The notes under the pieces were generated by a model. That model was given only the letters and a program-made list of their open reading frames with translations, searched no databases and was not told the DNA's origin. DNA of 64,000 bases, from the NCBI RefSeq assembly GCF_009914755.1, contig NC_060941.1; one strand, given 5' to 3'. The stretch is from the human T2T-CHM13v2.0 reference genome, Homo sapiens. Positions 40,342 to 64,000 of the stretch are shown here, in pieces (the stretch's first letter is position 1; each line of letters opens with the position of its first letter). The position numbers and the translations under genes are program-made.

Positions 40342-40642
40342 TGAGCTCTGGGCCCTTTGGCACATTACCCAATATTCTTAAGCCTTAGTTTTCTCATACA
40401 TCAAATGGGGGCTAATAATACAAACCTCTCTGGTTGTGAGAATAAATGAAACAGTGCACAAATGAGATACAAATACTTCTAAGCATGCCGTGAAAGGCCT
40501 GAGAATGTATCATCTGTAACAGCCTGTTCTGTAGGCTCCTTCTGGAGAGAGGAGTGGGGTCGGGGGGAGAGGTGACAGGAAATGACAGGCTTCATTTCCA
40601 AGATTTCAGTAGCGTTTGAATCTTTTCTATTGAAAATGCATT

Positions 40643-43180
<2,538 letters not shown>

Positions 43181-43717
43181 CAGATCAACCACTTTGGGGC
43201 CATTGATATCAGAGATGGCCTCCCTGCTCTTGTCTAGGAATGAGGGTGTAGCAGACCCATTGAGTTATGAGTGTTTATAAAAGAGAAGTTGCTCGACCCC
43301 CAGATGAGTCCCTGGGTGGAAAGGAAATGGTGGATACTAGAACTTGTTCTTCCTGGCCTTCCTGGGCAACTGACACACAGGAGGCAGCTCTGCCTGTGAC
43401 CCGAAGGAACTAGGTGTCAGGAGCAGCAACGCAGGGCACCCCAGTGTGAAGTGCCCTTGGCCAGCTGAGGAATTGACATTCTCCTCTCCAGGAACAGCAG
43501 CAGCATGTGCTGCGTCTCGATCGGGTGATTCCCACACCATCACTGCATGCCACGGTCCCCTGTCAGCCTGTGAAGAACCAGTCTCAGAGCCACATCTGTG
43601 GCAGAGAAGTCCTTGCTACTAATGAGATTCGAGTTCTCTGCTAACGTCGCGGTAGAGAAGTGCTGACCACTGCTCCCTTGTTGACTCTGTAAGGGAGAGG
43701 TTCAAGAGGGAGCTGCC

Positions 43718-44040
<323 letters not shown>

Positions 44041-44156
44041 TTAAAGACGGCAAGTGCTTAGTATGGGTCTCTCTTGTACATACATGTATGTAGTGAACAC
44101 CTGTTTGCTAGCCTAGTACCACAGTTACACTGAAGGCTCCTGAAGCAGAATTTTGA

Positions 44157-44668
<512 letters not shown>

Positions 44669-45462
44669 AAAGTTTGCTTGAATGGTGCCTGAATCCCTTT
44701 CTTCCAGATAGAGTTTATGGTAGCCCAGAACTGACCTCTCGTGGTCATAAAATCAGACATACAATGCCTTACTCTCTGCACCTGCTTTGAAGTGGGTGGT
44801 GTTTTATTGTCCACATCCTTCTCTCTTAACTTTCTAATACTTGCTGACGTGGACACCCCACACACATACGAGTTACACATATACATAGGTAATTATACTG
44901 TTTTGTTGACCTTTTTCATTGAGCAGTTTGGAGGTATAATCACTCTAAATTTTCTGCAGCAATTCTTTTAAGCACTGGAAAAAGTTGCATTTATCAAAGT
45001 CCAGCAGGTATCCCCAGTTATTTACAAATTCAGCAAATTTACGAATCACAACAAAGCTGCCATCTTAACTCCACGATGATCTTTGCTGCTGAAGAAAACA
45101 GATACATATGCCAAAGTGCCTTCAGAACCTCCAACAAATTAAAAAAAGAAAACACATATCTTTCATGGCAAAGACACCTAAATTAGTAAAGCACTAAATT
45201 AGTGAAGGCTGATCTCTTAGAGAGACAGGGAGAAAGTAGAGGTAGAAAGTAACAGAATCTAGAGAGGCGGAAGCTCAGCCCAGCTGTGTTGGTACTGTGG
45301 GGGCTGTCACTTTTTACCTGCGTAGAAAGTTCTGACCTAAGCCGGGCGCCGTGGCTCACACCTGTAATCCCAACTCTTTGGGAGGCCGAGGTGGGTGAAT
45401 CACCTGAGGTCAAGAGTTCAAGACCAGCCTGGCCAACATGGTGAAACCCCATCTCTGCTACC

Positions 45463-45724
45463 CAGCTTCTCCGCACTATCGTCCACGTTATCACTCAGCT
45501 TCTCTGCACTATCGTCCAGGTGTCACTCAGTTTCTCCATGCTATTGTCCGCGTATCACTCAGCTTGTCTGCACTATCGTCCAGGTGTCACTCAGCTTCTC
45601 TGCACTATCGTCCAGGTGTCACTCAGTTTCTCCATGCTATTGTCCGCGTATCACTCAGCTTGTCTGCACTATCGTCCAGGTGTCACTCAGCTTCTCTGCA
45701 CTATCGTCCAGGTGTCACTCAGCT
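45463..45724. repeat. 32-bp minisatellite with 96-bp higher-order repeat
   Basis: Units A-B-C-A-B-C-A from 45499 to 45722, each ending in tcactcag. Confidence 0.93.
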
Positions 45725-46108
45725 TTCTGCTATTGTGTTTGCTCTCAAGCCAAAAATCACTTTGGGCTGTTTCCTCTCTCTCTGCTTCCTGGCTCCTAAC
45801 ACAAAAGGATTACTTTATCACTTTATCAACCAACTGGCAACTCCTATCTACTCACACACAAACTCAAAAGGGCTTTTTCCTCCATGCTTTGCTTAGACCA
45901 ACCTTAGCCTCTTAAGGACATTTAGAACCGTATTTTTGCATCCTTTTAACATCAACCTGTAGGGCCAGATGGACGGAAAGGGCCCTATATTTTAAAGGTG
46001 CCAGACATTTACCACCTCATATCAAGCACTTGGCAAAGCCTGCCAAACTCTGGGGTGCTGGACTGGCTGCTGAAAAATCTCCCGAGCTTGTTAAAAACAG
46101 AGATTCCT

Positions 46109-50330
<4,222 letters not shown>

Positions 50331-50338
50331 AGAAAGAG

Positions 50339-51282
50339 CTCTCCCTCTCCCTCTCTCTCCACGGTCTCCCTCTGATGCCGAGCCGAGGCTGGACGGTACT
50401 GCCGCCATCTCCGCTCACTGCAACCTCCCTGCCTGATTCTCCTGCCTCAGCCTGCCGAGTGCCTGCGATTGCAGGCGCGCGCTGCCATGCCTGACTGGTT
50501 TTCGTATTTTTTTGGTGGAGACGGGGTTTCGCTGTGTTGGCCGGGCTGGTCTCCAGCTCCTAGCCGCGAGTGATCTGCCAGCCTCGGCCTCCCGAGGTGC
50601 CGGGATTGCGGACGGAGTCTCGTTCACTGAGTGCTCAATGGTGCCCAGGCTGGAGTGCAGTGGCGTGATCTCGGCTCACTATAACCTCCACCTCCCAGCC
50701 GCCTGCCTTGGCCTCCCAAAGTGCCCAGATTGCAGCCTCTGCCCGGCCGCCACCCCGTCTGGGAGGTGTACCCAGCAGCTCATTGAGAACGGGCCATGAT
50801 GACGATGGCGGTTTTGTCGAATAGAAAAGGGGGAAATGTGGGGAAAAGAAGGAGAAATCGGATTGTTGCTGTGTCTGTGTAGAAAGAGGTGGACATAGGA
50901 GACTCCATTTTGTTCTGTACTGGGAGAAAATCTTCTGCCTTGGGATCCTGTTGATCTGTGACCTTACCCCCAACCCCGTGCTCTCTGAAACATGTGCTGT
51001 GTCCACTCAGGGTTGAATGGATTAAGGGCGGTGCAAGATGTGCTTTGTTAAACAGATGCTTGAAGGCAGCGTGCTCGTTAAGAGTCATCACCAATCCCTA
51101 ATCTCAAGTACCCAGGGACACAAACACTGCGGAAGGCCGCAGGGTCCTCTGCCTAGGAAAACCAGAGACCTTTGTTCACTTGTTTATCTGCTGACCTTCC
51201 CTCCACTATTGTCCTATGACCCTGCCAAATCCCCCTCTCCGAGAAACACCCAAGAATGATCAATAAATACTAAAAAAAAAAA
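50339..51282 (+). mobile_element. SVA retrotransposon (older A-C type) with collapsed VNTR
   Basis: Short CCCTCT start, Alu-like domain, a single VNTR-like unit (~50737-50780), complete SINE-R, AATAAA at 51262-51267 and poly(A). Inserted into the A-tail of an Alu. Confidence 0.93.
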
Positions 51283-52544
51283 GAAAGAAACTGAACACCT
51301 AAATAGAACTTACTATGTGCCAGGCTCAGCCCTTATATCAACTTGCTCAGTTCTCACAAATCTGCGAGGTAGGGAAGCTGTTATAACCCCCTGCTCCAGA
51401 GGAGGAGAGCGGGGCCCACAGGGGCTGTGTCATTTGCCTAGAGTCACGCAGGAGTGAGTAGCAGAGGCAGCCGCAAACCCAGCTCCGAGTCTTCCTCTGT
51501 TCCCTGCACTAGACTCACTCCTCTCACGTCAGAAGTGGAGAAAGGGGCCAGAGGAAAGCTGACGCCATTGGCAAAATCACGTCCAGCCTGAAGGGGCCCG
51601 TCGGCTCTAACTAATGCCTCCCATACACATTGCCCATCTTCCCATCTTTCAAGAAAATCCAGAAATCCAGACTGCTAGGTAAAACCTGGTTTTAAATGGA
51701 TCCAATTTTGTTTTAACCCTCTGTAGCCCAAACAAAGCACATCAGCAGACTGCACTTAGCCTGGGGCCCGCCACGTGCCACCCTGCTGTTGCAGCTGTCT
51801 CTAAGGACTGCGCTGTCCTCTGCCTGTCTAAAGACCCTGGGGAACTCTGGGTCTGGTGGCCAAAGGGGAGTCACCTCAGTGAACAACAGCTCCTTCAGCC
51901 CATTGATATGAATAATTAATTTCTGCGTGCTCACTGCCAGCCCACAAAGGTTACCAACAAGCTCGGCATTCAGGAAGCCACTCTGTGCCCTCTGAGACAA
52001 TGAGGACAGGCGTGGGGGGATCCTAGGGGTGTTCAGGGAGCCCCATAATGAAGCCCAGCATGGTGAGCTGTGCTCAGAGAGCCAGCGGATGCCAGCCCAG
52101 CCTGCTGCCTAGGTGGGGCCACAGAGCATCATGGAGGCTCATTAGAGATGGGACATGCGGCGGCTTTCCCTGCTGTCAGCAGGAGTGGGCTCTGGATTCC
52201 TCAAGATGCTTTAAAATAAAACGGAAAGGCGCAATTATGCAGCCAAACAGAAGGCGAGGCAGCTGCCTACAAAACGAGGCTTTCTCCGTAATAGGACCCC
52301 AACCCCAGAGCACAGTGCGGCCGCCTCACCGTCCCCCCCAAGGCTGCAGCCGTGACGCGTCTGTAATTGGATGCTTCGCTGTTCCAGCTCTTGGATTATT
52401 CAAATTACAGGATTTTCAGTTTCAATTAAGGTTATGACCAGGCAACAAGATGAGCAAGATACCATGTTTCACCTTTATAGTCTATTTCAGCAAGAAGCAT
52501 GGCCAAACTAGTAACAGTGGGGATAATCATAAAATTAACCAACA

Positions 52545-57321
<4,777 letters not shown>

Positions 57322-58129
57322 TTAAAGTAATCATTTTTCTCAGCAGTTGAAAAACGCGACGTGAGGTCCAGGCAGCCTCCCCTCAGACAGTGTTATCTCA
57401 GGCCAACTGTAGCGAGCGTCGAATGGGAAGACAGGAACAGGATCGCTGCGGAAAGACTTGCAGATTTACTCTGCAGCTACGCGGTGCAGAAATAACAGGA
57501 CAGACTCACGTGGTGTAAATACAGCTACACAGAGCGGTGGTGCAAAGTCAGGTGGTCACGGGGATTTCTGCTTATGATTCTAGTATGGTATACAGAGCCC
57601 AGTTTCCAAAACAGCCAAATCTGCCCCAACACCTGGACGACGAGTCCCTGTGACTACAACACAGCCCTGATGTTTGGAGGTGACCCACTCCCCACCCTCC
57701 TTGCAATGGGTTCCTCAAAACCAGAACAAGCTAAAAACGAACCTTACACAACCAGCATTTTCCAGCACAGTAAACCAAGGCAGGGAATGTATTTTTTTCA
57801 CTGAACTTCTCATTCGTGACTATTCTAAAATCAACCAGGAACTTATCGAGTGCCGGCCATGAGCCCAGCCCTGTGAAAGATACTGTTGTGGGAGAGAAAA
57901 GGGGTCTAAACGACGGTCCCCGCTTTCCAGGAGTCAGCTAACCACTCAGTTTGAGAGCAGCTCTTCACAGTAAACATGTAAAAGGCTACTGCCTTGCACA
58001 GGGCCGTGGCTCCGTTGTTATTTGTTTACTGACTCAATAAATTAATAGATGGCATAATAATAAGACAATTGTGCCGTGTGGGGCCCGCTCTAAGAACCGC
58101 AAGATGGGTTGGAGTCGTTGGAAAAGGCT

Positions 58130-58622
58130 GTGCCAGAGGCCACTAGCTGCCTACGCAATATCAATTCTTCTATTTTTCCTTGTAACAGAGCCCCTATTTT
58201 ACTTGAGGTGGCCATACACCCAGATAAAATACTGCATTTCCCAGCCTCTCTTATACCTCGAGGTGACTAAGGAGATAAAAACAGAAACTGTCAAGAGAGG
58301 TTCCCAGGAAAGTGCCTTAAAAGGCAGACAAACAGCCACCACTCACTCTTACGCTCCTCTTCCCATTCTTCTAATTCCTGCCTGAAATGTGAATGTGATG
58401 GCTGGATCTCCAGCAGCTATTTCGGACCAGGAGGTGAGCTTGAGGACAGAGAAGCAGAAAGACTGAAAAGCCTCCATTCCTGATGATCATGGAGTCACCA
58501 TACTCTCGGCCGGACTGCTGGCCGCTGGAATTCTGTTACATGTGAGATAAATAAGCCTCTATCTTGTTTAAGCTACTTTTTTTCAGTTTTGTCATATACA
58601 GCAAACCCCTATCGACCAATCC
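58130..58622 (+). mobile_element. MLT1 (MLT1K/J-like) LTR
   Basis: Contains catttcccagcctc, atgtgatggctgga..cagcagctat, and atgtgagataaataagcctctatcttgtttaagcta. Confidence 0.7.
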
Positions 58623-58986
58623 CAGGTTCCACGGAAAATCAGCCCTTAAAGGAGGGGTTGGTTTGGGGGCTGGTTTGGGGAAGTCAAGGCGGGAGGGCTC
58701 TTCAAACGCCAGAAAGGGCACGGGAAAAGACGCCGGATGGAATGAGCAATGGCAGAAAGGATCTGCGTAGAAAACAGAATATAAGAAGCCAGATGGTGGC
58801 TTTGCAGACGCCAAGAGAGACAGGGCTTGACGGGGAAGCATCAGGGACCCCAGGGGACCTGGAAAGGTTGTCTTCCTCTGAAGATGCAAAACACCTCTGG
58901 AGTAGGGACAGCGGTAAGTAAAAAAGGAGAGAAAGGCAAACAAATAAGCTTGGGAAACTTTATTACCTGGAGAGATTCAAATATAA

Positions 58987-60310
<1,324 letters not shown>

Positions 60311-60322
60311 AATCAGTAACAA

Positions 60323-60344
60323 CACACACACACACACACACACA
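60323..60344. repeat. (CA)n microsatellite
   Basis: Direct inspection. Confidence 0.85.
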
Positions 60345-60615
60345 GAGACACGAATACCCTCCATCGTCACTCTACGCCAGGTGTTCTGCTACACTCTTTA
60401 ATTATTCTCTTGCATTTAATCTTCGTAACTATCCTGAGAGGGAAGTACTAATATTTGAGGCGGTACAGCTTGGTGTGCGAAAGCATGGACCTGGAAGCCA
60501 GACTGCCTGGCTTCAAATCCTAAGGGCTACTTATAAGCTGGGTGACCATGGGCAATGTTATTGAAGTTCTCCAGGCCTCGTGATTCTCATGGAAAATGGA
60601 AATAATAACAGCACC

Positions 60616-60986
60616 TGTATTTGTCCGTGTTCACACTGCTGTAAAGAACTACCCGAGACTGGGTAATTTATAAAGGAAAGAGGTTTAATTGACTCACAGT
60701 TCCCCAAGGCTGGGGAGGCCTCAGGAAACTTACAATCACCGCGGAAGGCAAAGGAAAAGCAACCACCTTCTTCACAAGGCGGCAGGAGAGCAAGCAAGCC
60801 TGCGGGGGAAACTTCCAAACGCTTTAAAACCACCAGATCTCATGAGAACTCCCCTCGTGATCAGGACAACAGCCCGGGGGAAACCGCCCCATGATCCAGT
60901 CGCCTCCCACCAGGTCCCTCCCTCGACACGTGGGGATGACAATTCGAGATGAGATTTGGGTGGGGATACAGAGCCAAACCCTATCA
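60616..60986 (-). mobile_element. THE1 (THE1C/D-like) MaLR solo LTR inserted in a MIR
   Basis: Runs tgtatt..gagactgggtaatttataaaggaaagaggtttaattgactcacagttc..gagatttgggtggggatacagagccaaaccctatca. Confidence 0.88.
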
Positions 60987-61689
60987 GTGCCTGTCTCCCG
61001 AAGGTGCTCTGTGGAATCCATGAATTAAAGCATACGAAGTGCTCAGAACAGGAGCTGGCAAAAGTAAGCCCTTAGGGTTAGCGACGTTTATTATTCCCAT
61101 CTGTCAGAGACGGAGGCTTGGAAGGGTCAGTGGCTGGCCGGTGGTCTCACACCTGGGGAGAGGCAGGCCTGACTTCACAGCACGCACCACCCAACACAGC
61201 TGATCCTGGCTCTGCCCGTCCCCTCACTCCTCACCACACCAACACGGCCTGGTCTTTGTCTTTCCTGGTACCAAGCAAGGCTACAAGGTACTAGAAGGAA
61301 GATACTAAGCGAATTGGCAGACTAACTTATTTACACTCTGATGTTGCTATCGTGCGCGGACAAAAAAGCCGAAATGTGTTTTGGCTTAGGAATCTGCCCC
61401 TCATCTAAAAGGAAATGGAGGCCCTTTTCACCTCTGCTTCTGGGCCTCTGTAGGTGAGGCCTCACGTGTTCTCTCTCTGAAACCCTGAGACTAAGGCAAA
61501 GCCTGGATTGCCCAATAAAACCTGACCTTAAGGACCTCTGAATGCAGATAATGAGTGTGATTGCTGGTGGAGGCCAATCCAGCAAAAAGAGACTCATGAG
61601 CCAAGATGACCTCTGCCTTGAGTCCTGCCCTGCTGCCTGAAAGGTTCTAGAAAGAGTCAGAGCCTTGCTGGGAGGGGGAAACACGTATC

Positions 61690-62695
61690 TTATTCATTCA
61701 TATTTTTTAGAGACAGGGACTCGCTCTGTCACCCAGGCTGGAGTGCAGTGGCACAATCATAGCTCACTGAAGCCTCGACCTCCTGGGTTCAAGTGATCCT
61801 CCCACTTCAGCCTCCTGAGTAGCTGGGACTATAGGTTCACACCACCACAACTGACTGATTCTTTTTTTCTTAGAAATGGGGTCTCACCGGGTGCGGTGGC
61901 TCACGCCTGTAATCCCAGCACTTTGGGAGGCTGAGATGGGCGGATCACAAAGTCAGGAGATCGAGATCATCCTGGCTAACACGGTGAAACCCTGTCTCTA
62001 CTAAAAATACAAAAAATTAGACAGGCGTGGTGGCGGGCACCTGTAGTCCCAGCTACTCAGGAGGCTGAGGCAGGAGAATGGTGTGAACCCAGGAGGCAGA
62101 GCTTGCAGGGAGCCCAGATGGCACCACTGCACTCCAGCCTGGGCAACACCGTGAGACTCCATCTCAAAAAAAAAAAAAAAGAAAAGAAAAGAAAGAAAGA
62201 AATGGGGTCTCACTGTATCGCCCAGGCTGGTCTCAAATTCCCAGCCTCAAGCAGTCCTCCCACCTCAGCCTCCCAAAGTGCTAGAATTACAGGTGTGAGC
62301 CATTGTACCAGCCACATGCACCACGGAAAACCAAACCATCTGCGATCCAGAATGACTGGGGAGTGGGAAGCTCTGAGGAAGCAACTCAGCTGGGCACAGT
62401 GGCTCAGGCCTGTAATCCTAGCACTTTGGGAGGCCGAGACAGGCGGATCACCTGAGGTCAGGAGTTCAAGACCAGCCCGGCCAATATGGTGAAACCCCAT
62501 CTCATCTAAAATACAAAAATTAGCCAGGCGTAGTGGCACACTCTTGTCATCCCAGCTACTCAGGAGGCTGAGGCAGGAGAATCACTTGAACCCAGGAGGC
62601 AGGGGTTGCAGTGACCCGAGATGACGCCACTGCACTCCAGTCTAGGTGACAGAGCGGGACTCTGTCTCGACAAAAAAGAAAAAGAAAGAAGAAGC
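61690..62695. mobile_element. AluJ(-) containing AluY(+, ~61887-62200), followed by AluS(+)
   Basis: TSD agaaatggggtctcac. Confidence 0.88.
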
Positions 62696-63357
62696 AACTC
62701 AAAGAAAAATGACCTGTAGTAGTGGTTAATTAACACTTATGGGTGCTTCCTACGTGCCAGGACCCGTCCAAAACGCTTTAGAAATATGACCCATTTATTT
62801 CTCATATCAACAGCAGGAGAGAAGAGGTGCTTATTAGCCTCAGTTTACAGATGAGGGGACTCAGGCTCAGAAAAGTCAAATAACTTCTCCCAATGTCACA
62901 CAGGCAGTCTAGCTTCAGAAACATGGTTTAATTCCGTGTTTTCAAACCTTTTTGTTCATCTCACAGCAAGAAATACATTCTACATCAGCTCCCAGTGTAC
63001 ACATACGCGTCCGCATAGAACCGAAACGGAGTCCAAAAACAGAATAATACTCGCCGTGTCCAATGCACTCATCTTGAGAGAGAAAAACCCCTGCCTGCCT
63101 GGAGCTTGCGTTTGACTGGAGGGAGACAGTGAATAAGACCCACATGCAAAATTGCAGCATCCACGGTGGTAATTTGGGGAATGCTGTAGAGAAAAATGAA
63201 GCAACAAAGGACAAGGGTGGCCAAGGAAGACCGCCCGGGTGCTTCTGTTGCCAACTGCACTAATTTCAATGAGCTGTTTCCCACAGTGCGAAAACGCCTT
63301 CCCTTAATCGCTCCACTCTAATGCCTCCCTGTATGCTTGAGGGCTCTTTCTCCTAGA

Positions 63358-63908
63358 TTGTGTGTGCACACATGTATGTGGCAGTGTGCACATGTATGTA
63401 CATGTGCAGGTGTCTGTGTATGCATGTATGTGGCAGTGTGCCATGTATATACGTGTGCAGGTGTGTATGTGTGTGCATGCATGTATGTGGCACTGTGCCA
63501 TGTGTATACGTGTAGGTGTGCATGTGTGTGCATGCATGTATGTGACAGTGTGCCATGTACATACGTGTGCAGGTGTGCAGGTATGTGTGTGCATGCATTT
63601 ATGTGGCACTGTGCACATGTACATATGCAGGTGTGTGTGCATGTATGTACATGTGAAGGTGTGAATGTGTGCATGTATGTATGTGACAGTATGCCATGTG
63701 TTTACATGTGCATGTGTGTGTGTGTGCATGCATGTATGTGGCAGTGTGTCACGTATATACATGTGCTGCTGTGCGTGTGTGTGCATGCATGTGACAGTGT
63801 ACCATGTGTATACGTGTGCAGGTGTGTGTGTATATGTGTGCATGCATGTATGTGGCAGTGTACCATGTATATACATGTGCTGCTATGCATTTATGTGTGC
63901 ATGCATGT
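63358..63908. repeat. Degenerate TG/CATG alternating purine-pyrimidine repeat
   Basis: Recurrent gtgcatgcatgtatgtggcagtgt blocks. Confidence 0.9.
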
Positions 63909-64000
63909 AACCAAGTGCAAGTCCACCCCCCACTCACTTCCTCACCGAGGAGGCTTTGGAGACAGAGGCAGAACCCGAACATGTAGCTGTGCAGTGTGCC

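Noticed and set aside
50780-51270. Independent HERV-K env/LTR5 insertion
   Set aside because: It is the SINE-R domain of the SVA, contiguous with the Alu-like domain and ending in poly(A).
63304-63876. His/Cys/Thr-rich 190-aa ORF resembling a metal-binding protein
   Set aside because: Translation of a TG/CA simple repeat, open in multiple frames.

Overview
This is hominoid genomic DNA, very probably human, from the 5' end of ABR (active BCR-related; 17p13.3 in human). The identification rests on one recognisable coding exon on the minus strand at 14826-14766 ([20 protein letters not shown], then a phase-1 donor), inside a CpG-island promoter at about 14.2-15.6 kb. Bases 1-14765 are ABR intron 1. 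A probable alternative non-coding first exon lies near 21.9-22.4 kb, next to a strong CTCF motif. A second, unexplained CpG island at about 38.3-39.3 kb carries a GC-box minisatellite, an E-box/CLEAR-like motif and plus-strand splice donors. About 75-80 Alu copies or fragments (manual count, roughly a third of the window) are present. There is also one SVA with a collapsed VNTR, THE1/MLT1 LTRs, MER2/Tigger3/MADE1/MER5/MER20 DNA-transposon fossils, L1/L2/MIR relics and several minisatellites. Nearly all ORFs in the supplied track are Alu, GC-rich or tandem-repeat artefacts. I found no clear new multi-gene system. The best leads are an in-frame uORF in the ABR leader, the orphan CpG-island promoter, the VNTR-less SVA, an inverted ~95-bp templated copy at a rearrangement scar, an Alu flanked by a ~165-bp direct duplication, and a MIR-derived candidate exon. 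Repeat boundaries are read by eye and are approximate.
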